64,000 nt of DNA, taken from assembly GCA_965231125.1 (NCBI GenBank), contig OZ246414.1:576137-640136 (forward strand), read 5' to 3'. Both the position numbers and the translations under genes were made by a program. Shown one piece after another: positions 44,827-55,144 of the stretch. Below the pieces are notes generated by a model. It was not told the origin of the DNA, ran no database searches, and was given only the letters and a program-made list of their open reading frames with translations. The stretch is from an uncultured Gammaproteobacteria bacterium. Lineage in GTDB: Bacteria > Patescibacteriota > Microgenomatia > Woykebacterales > RBG-16-39-9b. Each line of letters opens with the position of its first letter. Positions within the stretch are counted from its first letter, which is position 1.

Positions 44827-46565
44827 AGCAAGATATCTCTACTATCCGACATTCTACGGCTCACGTGATGGCAGCCTCCGTCAAGAAACTTTTTCCGGAA
44901 ACGAAACTAGGAATCGGGCCAGTTGTAGAAAGCGGTTTTTACTATGATTTTGATTCCCCCCACCGTTTTTCCGAAGCCGATTTCCAAAAAATTGAGGGAG
45001 AGATGCTAAAGATAAAGAAACAAAAAATTCCCTTTGAGAAAATCGAAAAAAAGATAGACGAAGCTATAAAACTTTCAAAGGACGCGGCAGAGCCGTATAA
45101 AAACGAGTTAATTTCGGATCTAAAAACCCAAGGGGAGACTAAAGTTTCTTTTTATAAAACTGGAGATTTTATTGATCTATGTCGCGGGCCTCATGTAAAC
45201 AATTCTTCGGAAATTGGAGAATTTAAACTTTTATCCGTGGCCGGGGCTTACTGGAAGGGCAGTGAAAAAAACAAAATGTTACAAAGAATCTACGCTACTG
45301 ACTGGCAGACTAAAGATGAGTTAGAGAAATACTTAAAGATGCTTGAGCGGGCCAAGGAATCCGATCACCGAAAAATCGGCAAGGACCTGGAGCTGTTTTT
45401 AATCAGTGAAGAAGTCGGCCAAGGCTTACCTTTATGGCTTCCAAAGGGAACAACGGTTCGCCGACAGCTAGAAAATTTTGTCTTAGATTTGGAAATAAAA
45501 GCTGACTACGAACATGTTTCCACACCCCATTTGGGAAAACTTGATCTCTACAAAACCTCAGGACACTGGCAGCATTATAAAGATCTCATGTACTCACCAA
45601 TTTCAATTGAAGATGAAAAGTATTTACTAAGAGCAATGAATTGCCCCCACCATATCGTAATTTATAAATCTAAACCAAGAAGCTATAAAGATTTGCCCCT
45701 AAGAATCGCCGAAGAAGGCACAGTATACCGTTTCGAAAAATCAGGGGAATTAACCGGTCTTTCAAGAGTCCGCGCTTTTACCATCAACGACGCCCACATT
45801 TTTTGCACTCAAGACCAAATACCCAGCGAAATAAAAAATGTTCTGGAACTTATAAAAAAACTGTACAAAGCAGTTGGCTTTTCGCAGTATCGAGTTGTTC
45901 TCGCCCTGAGGGATCCAAAGGATAAAGAAAAATACGTCGCAGGAGATAAAATGTGGCAAACTTCAGAGGAGGCTTTGGAAGAGTCTTTGAAAAAAATTAA
46001 CGAGTCTTACGAAAAAGTTGTGGGGGAGGCCGCCTTTTACGGCCCAAAAATAGACGTTCAAGCGAAAGACGCGTTAGGACGAGAATTTACTATCTCAACC
46101 GTGCAGCTTGATTTTTATTTGCCAAAAAGATTCAACTTGGAATATACAAACGATGCCGGAGAAAAAGTTGCTCCCGTGATAATTCACCGTGCTTTAATCG
46201 GTAGTTTTGAGAGATTTTTTGCCTTTCTAATTGAGCACCACGCCGGTAAGTTTCCTGTCTGGCTTTCCCCAATTCAAGTTGCAGTTTTACCAATAGCGGA
46301 AAGGCACAACGAGTACGCCGAGCAAATTAGTCGGCAGCTTAAAGAAGCCGACATACGCGTAAAAGCAAATTTACGCAACGAGACTTTGCAGGCGAAAATT
46401 AGGGAAGCCGAAATTCAAAAAATACCTTGCATTTTAGTTGTGGGGGATAGAGAACAAGTAACAAAAAAAGTATCTTTCCGCTCGAAGGAAGGCTCCCAAA
46501 CACTTGATTTAGCCGACTTTGTGGAAAAAATAAAAAAAGAAATCTCTAAGGAGCGGGATGAGTAG
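44823..46565 (+). CDS. thrS: threonyl-tRNA synthetase (short form lacking N-terminal TGS domain)
   Basis: Editing/second-additional domain HVM...H, class II core and anticodon-binding domain. 580 aa. Confidence 0.85.
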   Translation: MKQDISTIRHSTAHVMAASVKKLFPETKLGIGPVVESGFYYDFDSPHRFSEADFQKIEGEMLKIKKQKIPFEKIEKKIDEAIKLSKDAAEPYKNELISDLKTQGETKVSFYKTGDFIDLCRGPHVNNSSEIGEFKLLSVAGAYWKGSEKNKMLQRIYATDWQTKDELEKYLKMLERAKESDHRKIGKDLELFLISEEVGQGLPLWLPKGTTVRRQLENFVLDLEIKADYEHVSTPHLGKLDLYKTSGHWQHYKDLMYSPISIEDEKYLLRAMNCPHHIVIYKSKPRSYKDLPLRIAEEGTVYRFEKSGELTGLSRVRAFTINDAHIFCTQDQIPSEIKNVLELIKKLYKAVGFSQYRVVLALRDPKDKEKYVAGDKMWQTSEEALEESLKKINESYEKVVGEAAFYGPKIDVQAKDALGREFTISTVQLDFYLPKRFNLEYTNDAGEKVAPVIIHRALIGSFERFFAFLIEHHAGKFPVWLSPIQVAVLPIAERHNEYAEQISRQLKEADIRVKANLRNETLQAKIREAEIQKIPCILVVGDREQVTKKVSFRSKEGSQTLDLADFVEKIKKEISKERDE

Positions 46566-47178
46566 CGTTCAAAAGGCAGCGAGTGTGTTAATGGAAGGTG
46601 GAATTGTAATTTTTCCGACCGATACTGTTTACGCAGTTGGCTGTTTAATTGAGGAACCACTCGCAATTGAGCGTTTGTATAAAGTAAAAGAAAGGGATCG
46701 AGACAAACCGACTCTTGTGCTGGCCGAAAGCTTAAACCAAGCCAAGGAATACGCGTTCTTTGATAAAAACGCAGAAAAACTGGCAGAGACTTTTTGGCCT
46801 GGACCTTTAACAATCGTCATTCCAGCTAAAAATAAAGCGCCCGAAGAGATCCTTGGAAAAAACAACACTATTGGCATAAGAGTCCCAAGGGAGCCGGTTA
46901 TTCAAGAACTACTTAAGCTCATCGGAATACCAATACTGGCTCCTTCAGCAAATATTGGCGGTAGGCAGGCGGCTGTGAGTCTGAAAGAGATTGACAAAAA
47001 ATTGACGAACCTGGTAGACTACGTACTCGAATTTCCAACCGGGGGTAAGGCCCCCTCGACTATAGTTGAAGTAGCCCACGGAAACTACAGAATAGTTCGA
47101 ACAGGACCTGTATCGGAAAAAGAAATTTCCGAAGTTTTATCAAAGGAGCGCGAGAAACGACAAAGTTTTATAAATTAA
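46558..47178 (+). CDS. tsaC: L-threonylcarbamoyladenylate synthase (TsaC/YrdC/Sua5 family)
   Basis: GGIVIFPTDTVYAVGC motif of the YrdC fold. Confidence 0.8.
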   Translation: MSSVQKAASVLMEGGIVIFPTDTVYAVGCLIEEPLAIERLYKVKERDRDKPTLVLAESLNQAKEYAFFDKNAEKLAETFWPGPLTIVIPAKNKAPEEILGKNNTIGIRVPREPVIQELLKLIGIPILAPSANIGGRQAAVSLKEIDKKLTNLVDYVLEFPTGGKAPSTIVEVAHGNYRIVRTGPVSEKEISEVLSKEREKRQSFIN

Positions 47179-47186
47179 ACCAAAAT

Positions 47187-47672
47187 ATTAGAGCAAGCGA
47201 AGTAAGAGCTCTTGATGCTTCTGGAAAGCAGATTAATATAATGAAGCTGTCAGAAGCCTTATCTTTAGCTAACGAACAAGGTTTAGACGTGGTTGAAGTC
47301 AACAGCAAGACTAGCCCACCAATAGTAAAGATAGTTGACTTTAAAAAGTTTAAATACGAAGAAGATAAAAAAGAGAGAAAAGCAAAAAGCAAAACAAAAG
47401 AGACTCACACAAAAGAAATTTGGCTAGGTCCGACAATTAGCGAGCACGACTTGAATATTAGACTTAAATGGAGCGAAGAGTTTTTCTCAAAAGGCGATCG
47501 GGTAAAGTTTACAGTTAAATTTTCGGGGCGGGAAATGGCTCATACCAACCTTGGTTACGAATTACTAAACAAAATTCGAGATATTTTGGTAGAAAAAGCG
47601 CAAGTCGACGGAGAACCAAGGTTTATGGGAAGGAATCTTTCCTTAGCGTTTAAATCGGTTAAAACTAAGTAA
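47187..47672 (+). CDS. infC: translation initiation factor IF-3, probable AUU start codon
   Basis: The in-frame upstream extension encodes the conserved IF3 N-terminus IRASEVRALDASGKQ, which precedes the first ATG (47241). ATT at 47187 is the candidate start, as for infC in many bacteria. Confidence 0.7.
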   Translation: MRASEVRALDASGKQINIMKLSEALSLANEQGLDVVEVNSKTSPPIVKIVDFKKFKYEEDKKERKAKSKTKETHTKEIWLGPTISEHDLNIRLKWSEEFFSKGDRVKFTVKFSGREMAHTNLGYELLNKIRDILVEKAQVDGEPRFMGRNLSLAFKSVKTK

Positions 47673-47673
47673 T

Positions 47674-47862
47674 ATGAAACAAAAAACAAAAAAAGGGGCA
47701 TCTAAAAGGTTTAAGAAGACAGCCGCAGGCAAGTTGCTAAGACGGGGTGGTTATTCGTCTCACCTAAAAGAAAAGAAGGGAAAAAGCAGGCTAAGGAGGC
47801 AAAAAGAACCTCGAGAAGTCTCACCAGCGGATAAAAAGAGGTTAGTAAAATTTATTGGGTAG
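47674..47862 (+). CDS. rpmI: 50S ribosomal protein L35
   Basis: 62-aa basic protein; infC-rpmI-rplT order. Confidence 0.85.
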   Translation: MKQKTKKGASKRFKKTAAGKLLRRGGYSSHLKEKKGKSRLRRQKEPREVSPADKKRLVKFIG

Positions 47863-47885
47863 TGTAAAAACTTATCAAGTAAAAA

Positions 47886-48233
47886 ATGGCCAGAATTAAA
47901 TCCTCTAAAACACGGCACGCAAAACATAAAAAGGTCCTTAAACAGGCGAAGGGTTTTCGCGGCGCAAAGAGCAAACTAATAAAAACCGCTAAAGAGGCAG
48001 TGATGCACTCTGGCTCTTACGCTTATGCAGGCAGAAAACAAAGAAAACGTGATAAACGCACTGAGTGGATTGTAACTATAAACGCAGCCCTTTCGGAACA
48101 CGAAATTCCTTACAGTCGGTTTATTAAGTCGTTAAAAGAAAAAGAAATTACCCTTGACCGGAAAATCTTGGCTAAAATTGCAAAGGAAGACAAAGCTACA
48201 TTTGACCACATTGTAAAATCGGCAACCTCGTAA
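47886..48233 (+). CDS. rplT: 50S ribosomal protein L20
   Basis: N-terminus MARIKSSKTRHAKHKKVLKQAKGFRGAKS. Confidence 0.9.
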   Translation: MARIKSSKTRHAKHKKVLKQAKGFRGAKSKLIKTAKEAVMHSGSYAYAGRKQRKRDKRTEWIVTINAALSEHEIPYSRFIKSLKEKEITLDRKILAKIAKEDKATFDHIVKSATS

Positions 48234-48265
48234 CCGATAGTAAACTAATTTCTTGCCCCATAGTC

Positions 48266-48373
48266 TTGACAAATGGATAATTTTGTGCTATAGTAAGTAA
48301 ATATACTCCAATTGGCCCTGGTATGGGGAGCTCATGTAGGGCAGGCGTGAGCTTCCCATTCCGGGGCTTTTTT
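48266..48373 (+). promoter_or_regulatory. promoter (TTGACA-17-TATAGT) plus structured leader ending in a T-tract terminator, upstream of pheS (candidate attenuator)
   Basis: Promoter at 48266-48294. Nested helices GGCCCTGG...CCGGGGC and GGGAGCTCA...TGAGCTTCCC are followed by TTTTTT at 48368-48373. Confidence 0.4.
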
Positions 48374-48451
48374 ATGCCTAAATGATGGCGTTCTTTAACT
48401 TGTACGCCCTTTCTGTTTTATTAGGCCTAATTATATGTTATTCTAAAAGTC

Positions 48452-49459
48452 ATGGAAGATCTTGAAAAAATAAAGAAAGAAGCGGTGGAAAAAATTGTTT
48501 CCGCCAAAAGCCTGGGCGAAATTGAAGAAATAAAAATCTATTATTTGGGAAGGAAGAGGGGAGTGTTGACCAAATTCGCGGAGAGCCTACCAGCACTCTC
48601 AATAGAAGAGAAACGTAAAATTGGTCCGGCCTTCAACAAAGTCAAAAGTTCTTTAGAATCGGCAGTCGCCGAAAAAGGGAAATCTTTACCAAAAGGAAAA
48701 CCTGTCGATAGTTCAACTAAAAAAGCTAAACTGGAAGGAGCTTTACCATTTGACCCAACTATATCTGGAAAGGTACCAAATTTAGGTCATTCCCACCCCC
48801 TAACTTTGGTTATAGGGCAGGTAAAGGAAATTTTCCATTATCTTGGTTTTTCGTGGGTAGATGGTCCAGAAGTGGAACTGGATTTGTACAACTTCCAAAA
48901 ACTTCGGATTCCTAAGGATCATCCGTCCAGGGACGTCCAGCAAACTTACTATATAAATGACGAGTTGGTACTAAGAACTCACACCTCACCAGTCCAGGTG
49001 CGCTATATGGAGGCTCACGAGCCACCAATAAGAATAATTTCTCCTGGGCGAGCCTACCGCCGCGATATGCCCGACGCCACGCACTTACCTGATTTTTTAC
49101 AAATTGAGGGGCTTTTGGTTGATTCTAAAACAAATCTCACCGATTTATTGGGTGTATTGGACTTTTTTGCTAAAAGATTTTTTGGTGGGCAGTCGCGAGT
49201 TCGTTTTTACGGTCACAATTTTCCTTACACTGAGCCGTCGGTAGAAGTGGAGGTGTACCACGAAAGTAAGGGTTGGATAGAAATTTTGGGTGCCGGTATG
49301 GTGCACCCCGAAGTTTTGGAAAACGGTGGTATTGATCCGGAAAAATACCGTGGTTGGGCTTTCGGCATGGGACCAAATCGCCTTGCCATGCTTAAATACA
49401 AGATAGACGACATCCGCCTCCTTTACAGTGGTGACTTACGATTCCTAGAGCAATTTTAA
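48452..49459 (+). CDS. pheS: phenylalanyl-tRNA synthetase alpha subunit
   Basis: Class II motifs, the FPYTEPS region and C-terminus GMGPNRLAML. Confidence 0.9.
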   Translation: MEDLEKIKKEAVEKIVSAKSLGEIEEIKIYYLGRKRGVLTKFAESLPALSIEEKRKIGPAFNKVKSSLESAVAEKGKSLPKGKPVDSSTKKAKLEGALPFDPTISGKVPNLGHSHPLTLVIGQVKEIFHYLGFSWVDGPEVELDLYNFQKLRIPKDHPSRDVQQTYYINDELVLRTHTSPVQVRYMEAHEPPIRIISPGRAYRRDMPDATHLPDFLQIEGLLVDSKTNLTDLLGVLDFFAKRFFGGQSRVRFYGHNFPYTEPSVEVEVYHESKGWIEILGAGMVHPEVLENGGIDPEKYRGWAFGMGPNRLAMLKYKIDDIRLLYSGDLRFLEQF

Positions 49460-49495
49460 TGATTTTTACTTTATACTTTATACTTTTTACTTAAC

Positions 49496-51505
49496 ATGTT
49501 GGTACCTTTTTCTTGGTTAAAAGAATATGTTGCTATCGATGAAGAAGCCGAAGAAGTCGCTGAGAAACTTTTACTTTCGGGCACTAAAGTAGAAAAGATT
49601 CTGAAAGAAGGAGACGAGACAGTTTTCGAGTTGGAAATTACACCAAACAGACCAGATTGTTTGGGAGTAATTGGAGTCGCGCGTGAAGTAGCCGCTTTAT
49701 ACGAAAAACCTCTTAAAATCCAGGAGCCGTTTGCGAACACTAAAGAGGGTTCTAAACAAAAGCGCCTTCGCTTCACGGTCAAGGACAGACAGCTTTGCCC
49801 TTACTATTCTATCGGGGTAATAGACGCTGTTAAAATCCAAGAATCCCCAGAATGGCTAAAAAAAAGACTGACGTTAGTAGGTGTTCGCCCAATAAACAAT
49901 GTTGTCGATATAACTAATTACGTAATGATATCTACCGGGCAACCTATGCACGCCTTTGACTACGATAAAATAAACGGTGAAATGCTCCTTCGAGCCGCAA
50001 AAGAGGGAGAAGTCGTCAAAACCCTAGACGGCATTGAACGAAAGCTTGCTTCCGGAACAATAATTATTGAAGACACGCAAAAAACCATTGATCTCGCGGG
50101 AATAATGGGCGGGGAAAACTCCCAAGTGGGGGAGAGTACTTCGACAATAATCCTTCATGTCCCCGTCTACAATCCCGTGGCAATCAGAAAAGCTTCGCAA
50201 TTTCTGGGTATACGGACTGAAGCATCAAACCGATTTGAAAAGGAGCTGGACCCAAACGGTCATCGCTTCGCTTTTGAAACCGCCTTGAATTTACTACGAT
50301 TTGAAGCCTCTGGTGAGCTTGTTTCGGAAATTAAAAGCGCCGGTTACCCAGTAAAAAGCCCTTCGTTTACTGTACTGCTCGAAAAAATTAACGCCATTCT
50401 CGGCGTGAAAATCCCAGAAGAAAGAATTGTTGATATCCTAGTGAGGCTTGGGTTTGAAATCTTACCTTCTCCATCCACCGATGGACGGGCACTAGAGCTA
50501 CAACCCCCAACTTGGCGTCCTGACATTCAAATCACTGAAGATGTGGCTGAAGAAGTCGGTAGAATCTGGGGTTACAACCTTTTTCCTAGAAACCTGCCGG
50601 AAGGAGAAATACCGACTCACGAAGATTCATTTTTGCCCGATTGGGAGAAACTCGTAAGAGAAATCTTGACCAGCTCTGGATTTTCGGAAACTTACAGCCA
50701 TTCAATGATTAGTGCCAGTTCAATAAATAATTTTGGTCTCGCGCCGGAAAATTGTCTTAAAGTATCCAACCGAATGGTTATAGACCACGAATATTTAAGA
50801 CCCACGCTTTTACTAGGACTTCTACAAGCCGTTTCCTTAAATTTAGGCAGCTACGAGGCAGTCTCATTATACGAGTTTGGAAGAGTTTTTTCTAAGAACG
50901 TGAGCGCGAAGGATAAACTTCCATTTCAGCCTCGAAAAGTGGCCGCACTTTCTACAAAGGCGACTTTCGCCAAACTTAAAGGCGTCTTGGAAGAGATCTT
51001 ACATAAATTCCAAGTTAAAGACTATCGATTTGAAAAAGAGAGTTCTGAAAAAGTTTGGTCGCCGGTCGCGAGGTTAATAATCAAAAAAGAAGAAATTGGC
51101 TACATCGGAAGAATAGAGGGTTCAATACTGCGAAATTTTTCGGTTGATGAGACTGTCTTTGGTTTTGAAATTGATTTTGACAAATTAATCAAACACGCCT
51201 CAAGCAAAAATGTTTATAACCCACCACCAAGGCTACCGGTTGTTAAGGAAGATCTATCAATCGCGGTAGATGCAAATCTGTACGTTCAAGAAATACTAAA
51301 TTCAATCTCTTCTTTAAAAGAGCGAAGGCTTTACAAAGTTATGATCTCCGAGGTAATTCCGTGGCAAGGAAAAAAATCAATTCTTTTAAAATTTGAATAC
51401 TACGACCCCCGCAAAACCTTAACCGATTCCGAAGCCAAAAGTATTCGAGGAAAAATAATTAACATTCTTACAAAGAGCTTTGGCGCTGAAATAAGAAGTA
51501 AGTAA
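49496..51505 (+). CDS. pheT: phenylalanyl-tRNA synthetase beta subunit (short form)
   Basis: B3/B4, B5 and C-terminal FDX-like domains. 669 aa, lacking the N-terminal tRNA-binding domain. Confidence 0.85.
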   Translation: MLVPFSWLKEYVAIDEEAEEVAEKLLLSGTKVEKILKEGDETVFELEITPNRPDCLGVIGVAREVAALYEKPLKIQEPFANTKEGSKQKRLRFTVKDRQLCPYYSIGVIDAVKIQESPEWLKKRLTLVGVRPINNVVDITNYVMISTGQPMHAFDYDKINGEMLLRAAKEGEVVKTLDGIERKLASGTIIIEDTQKTIDLAGIMGGENSQVGESTSTIILHVPVYNPVAIRKASQFLGIRTEASNRFEKELDPNGHRFAFETALNLLRFEASGELVSEIKSAGYPVKSPSFTVLLEKINAILGVKIPEERIVDILVRLGFEILPSPSTDGRALELQPPTWRPDIQITEDVAEEVGRIWGYNLFPRNLPEGEIPTHEDSFLPDWEKLVREILTSSGFSETYSHSMISASSINNFGLAPENCLKVSNRMVIDHEYLRPTLLLGLLQAVSLNLGSYEAVSLYEFGRVFSKNVSAKDKLPFQPRKVAALSTKATFAKLKGVLEEILHKFQVKDYRFEKESSEKVWSPVARLIIKKEEIGYIGRIEGSILRNFSVDETVFGFEIDFDKLIKHASSKNVYNPPPRLPVVKEDLSIAVDANLYVQEILNSISSLKERRLYKVMISEVIPWQGKKSILLKFEYYDPRKTLTDSEAKSIRGKIINILTKSFGAEIRSK

Positions 51506-51808
51506 TAGCCCTGTGTTGTAAAGTTGACGGACAAACAAAGAAGAAGCGGCGATAGGTCTCGAGAAATTCTCGATACTCATCGCCGCTTGTAGTTTCTGGC
51601 GGGGGAGAATGGCTCCTTGAGGCTCAAAACCCAGTTGGCGTAGGTCATACGGGATTGATTGATCAATTCAGTACAGCAGGGTCGCAGAGATCTTTGAAAA
51701 CCTCGCTGCTGGTAACTGATTTCACTTAGTTCCCAACCTCACGTTTCCTTTGTGAACCAGTAAGGTTAACCATTCTCTCCCATGTAACTGCGCTATACAA
51801 TCCAGAGA

Positions 51809-52507
51809 CTAGGCCGCTACCGCGGCTTCCTGCCTTAGCTGCCGAGCTTGCGCCATTGCCCTTACCTTGATGACATCGATCATCCGAATGGTATGTGGCC
51901 CGGGAGCTATGGTGTTAACCAACACTCTCGTCAGGCGGGCTTTGAAAAAGCTCGGCTGCAGCTTGGCTATCTGAGTTAACACAATCATCGCAACCGTCTT
52001 GGGACCGCCCATTGGACGAGGACCGACAGCAAGAAACGGGTTTTCCATTTCTGTCACTGTCTCCCTAAACCCCACCATGTTGGGTAGCACGACTGTGTAC
52101 TTGGCTGGGCCGTACCGCCGCTCAATTACCATTTCCTCCATGAACTGAGCAACGAAAGCGACCATCAGCAGAGCTTCGATCAGTTCCTCAGTGATTCCGA
52201 ATTCGTTGGTTTCCTTTGGCAACTTGGCATGGGCCTCTGCTTCTGCCAAGCTCCTCAGCAATGCCATGGCAACCACCGAAGGTCTGTGTAGCTCTTCGAG
52301 CCGTTCTATGTACTCTGGCTCAACTCCCGCTGTCGCAAGGACTCTGCGGGATTCGTTCATTACTTGCTCGTCTGTGCGAACCATCAGACTTGCTTGCCTC
52401 ATCCTTTCCTTACCCTTGACTGTATAGCGCAGCGGGATTATGTGCGAAGCAGCACACTTTTTCGTACACAAGCCCGCATAAATAAAATGGGCAAGCAAAA
52501 TATACAA
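51809..52507 (-). CDS. hypothetical protein in a GC-rich ~1-kb island
   Basis: 232-aa ORF (the internal start MRQASLM is also possible) with no recognised domain. Codon usage and GC are visibly different from neighbouring genes. Confidence 0.35.
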   Translation of the reverse strand: MYILLAHFIYAGLCTKKCAASHIIPLRYTVKGKERMRQASLMVRTDEQVMNESRRVLATAGVEPEYIERLEELHRPSVVAMALLRSLAEAEAHAKLPKETNEFGITEELIEALLMVAFVAQFMEEMVIERRYGPAKYTVVLPNMVGFRETVTEMENPFLAVGPRPMGGPKTVAMIVLTQIAKLQPSFFKARLTRVLVNTIAPGPHTIRMIDVIKVRAMAQARQLRQEAAVAA

Positions 52508-52528
52508 CTTTTTGGGAGAAAATTCAAC

Positions 52529-55144
52529 TTACGCGTATAAATTATAGCGCCGCCAATAGTTCGGCACAACAGATGAATCCAAAAGTTTTTTGCTTATTGG
52601 TGGCCCAAGCGGAGTGCCGCCGGCAACAGTTAGACTAATAGCATCCTCACTAGAGTTTCCCTCACTATCGTAAACAATCGCTTTAATAGTGTAATCGCCA
52701 GGAGCAACATCAAAAAAGCTTGCACCATACGGTGGGGAAGTATCAACCGCGTCCGGAGTTGCGGAACCATAAAAATAAAACTCTACTCTGTCAATTGGGT
52801 TCGGTCCAGATGCTGTAGCCTTAACAGTAAAATCCTTACTACCGACATTGGCTCCATCTTCCGGTTTAGTAATTTTTACCACCAAATCACCTTCAGGACC
52901 ATTTGGGCTATAAATCCTTGTATCCTTCTTTGTTGGTGGGCAAGGTTTGCAATATTTAAAGTATGGCTGAAATAGTCTTGTATACGGGTCTGTCAAAACA
53001 AAATAGGTTTTCGTAACTGCAAGACCGGCATTTTTACAGGATTCGTTTGCGATAAGCCCACTTGGCTTACAAATTGTTACTTTTACGTGCATGTCATCCT
53101 CCGGCGGAGGTTGCCATTTTGTAAAAATTTCGTATTTAGTTCTAACTCCTGGTACTGGCTTTTGTCCAGTGAGCGCATTAACCTTTGCATTAATTATTCC
53201 AGACGGTCTATTGAAATCCGTTACCTTTTTACCGGCAAGGAGTTGTCCCATTATGTTGGTATAAATGGGTGCTGCGCCCGTAATCCCAGACGAAACCGAT
53301 GGGTCCATCGGAGTATTGTCGTTATTACCAACCCAAGTACCAACCACGTACGAATTGGTGAAACCAAAGACCCAGTTATCCACTTTTTCTTCAGAAGTAC
53401 CAGTTTTCACTGCGATCCCTTTTCTGAAATTTAGTTTATTAGCCCAATAGGAACCATAACTCAAATATTTTGCGGTAGGGTCAGAGAGGATATTATCAAT
53501 TAGATAAGCGTATTCTGGAGTAACTACTTGATCGTTGTTATTTTTTACAAAGTCGCCTGGGTTGAACTGTTCCAACACTTTACCATTGGCATCTTTAACT
53601 TTAAGAACTGTCACCGGAGAAACTTTTTTCCCTTCATTACCTAATATGGCGTAGGCGTTAGTTAACTCATGAAGTTTTATTGCACCACCCCCTAAAGTCA
53701 AGGACAAGCCGTATTTGTTAGGATCGTCTAAAGTAGTAATACCAAAATCCCTTAGCGTGTCCAGAACGTTTGAAAGCCCGTTTACAGCCAGCATTTTCAC
53801 AGCTGGAACGTTGAATGAACTTGCTAGTGCAACTCGAACTGATAAAGGCCCATTAAAACAATCACAGTAGTTTCCAGGACTATAACCACCACCAAAATTT
53901 GTCTTTAAGTCCAAAAACATGGTCGCCGGATTATAACCTTTTTCAAAGCCGGTTACATAGTTAAACGGCTTCAAAGCCGAACCCGGCTGACGTAAACCCT
54001 GAGTGGCAACATTGAAATTGCCGGGTATGTCTTTGGCGAAGTAATTTTTTGACCCGACCATAGCCAAGATTTCCCCAGTTTTAGTATTTTCAATCATCGC
54101 CGCTCCATTACTCATGCGCAAAGCTTTACCAGTGGTTTTTATATTGTCAGCGACCGCTTTTTGAGCCATATTCTGCAGTTTAAGATCCAAAGTAGTCGTT
54201 ACCTGCAAACCACCTTCCTCAACTAACCTTACTCCGTATTTTTCTTCGAGTTGCTGTTTAACAAACAAAGAAAAGTGGGGGGCCAGTATTCCCTCGCCAA
54301 AATTTGCAAATTTCACATGCGGCAACTGCTTTAAGGCTTTTTGCTCCTGGTCGCCAGTTATGTAACCGTCCTGCCTCATTAATCCCAAAACTACTTGGGT
54401 TCTGCCTATGTAAGCTTTTGGATCGGGACCAAACGGGGAGTAGACAGAAGGGCTTTGAGGCAACCCTGCCAAGATTGCCGACTGCACAAGATTCAGCTGC
54501 CAAACGTGTTTCCCAAAATATTGATTTGCGGCTGCCTCAACACCCCAGGCCGTACCGCCATATGGAATTTCATTGAGATATATCTGTAAAATCTGATCTT
54601 TTGTGTAACGCCTCTCAATTTGGACTGAAAGGATAAACTCCTTAATTTTTCTTGTTACAGTGCGTTCCCGCGTAAGTAGCGTATTTTTAACTAATTGTTG
54701 GGTAAGAGTTGAGCCCCCAATTAGCCTTTTTTGAAAAACAAGGTCCTTAACCGACCGAAAATACCCGGTTACATCAAACCCCTTGTGCTTGTAAAAGTTT
54801 TTATCCTCTGTTGCTATTGTTGCGTCGCGTAAATTTTGGGGGATTTTATCTAACGTTACCAAAGTCCTGTTTTCATCTCCGTGAATATTGTAAAGCAAGA
54901 CTCCACTACGGTCATAAATTCTGGTACTTTGTTCAATAGCCCGACTAGTGAGCCTATCCGGGGCAGGGATTTCTCTGGCGAAATAGCCAAAAACTATCGC
55001 TGTGGAAATTAGAAACAAGACAAATAGAACAAACCCGGCGGTTATTAAAGCACTAAGCAACTTTATTTTTTTACGTTTCCAACGTCTTTTGTTAGCAAAC
55101 TTAGCCCCCCGTTGAATAGGGGGCAATAGAGCTGAGTAAGCCAT
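52529..55144 (-). CDS. class A penicillin-binding protein (bifunctional transglycosylase/transpeptidase) with C-terminal extension
   Basis: GT51 motifs (EDKNFYKHKGFD, RLIGGSTLTQQLVKN), transpeptidase SALKP (SxxK) and KTGT motifs, and an N-terminal TM anchor. Confidence 0.85.
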   Translation of the reverse strand: MAYSALLPPIQRGAKFANKRRWKRKKIKLLSALITAGFVLFVLFLISTAIVFGYFAREIPAPDRLTSRAIEQSTRIYDRSGVLLYNIHGDENRTLVTLDKIPQNLRDATIATEDKNFYKHKGFDVTGYFRSVKDLVFQKRLIGGSTLTQQLVKNTLLTRERTVTRKIKEFILSVQIERRYTKDQILQIYLNEIPYGGTAWGVEAAANQYFGKHVWQLNLVQSAILAGLPQSPSVYSPFGPDPKAYIGRTQVVLGLMRQDGYITGDQEQKALKQLPHVKFANFGEGILAPHFSLFVKQQLEEKYGVRLVEEGGLQVTTTLDLKLQNMAQKAVADNIKTTGKALRMSNGAAMIENTKTGEILAMVGSKNYFAKDIPGNFNVATQGLRQPGSALKPFNYVTGFEKGYNPATMFLDLKTNFGGGYSPGNYCDCFNGPLSVRVALASSFNVPAVKMLAVNGLSNVLDTLRDFGITTLDDPNKYGLSLTLGGGAIKLHELTNAYAILGNEGKKVSPVTVLKVKDANGKVLEQFNPGDFVKNNNDQVVTPEYAYLIDNILSDPTAKYLSYGSYWANKLNFRKGIAVKTGTSEEKVDNWVFGFTNSYVVGTWVGNNDNTPMDPSVSSGITGAAPIYTNIMGQLLAGKKVTDFNRPSGIINAKVNALTGQKPVPGVRTKYEIFTKWQPPPEDDMHVKVTICKPSGLIANESCKNAGLAVTKTYFVLTDPYTRLFQPYFKYCKPCPPTKKDTRIYSPNGPEGDLVVKITKPEDGANVGSKDFTVKATASGPNPIDRVEFYFYGSATPDAVDTSPPYGASFFDVAPGDYTIKAIVYDSEGNSSEDAISLTVAGGTPLGPPISKKLLDSSVVPNYWRRYNLYA

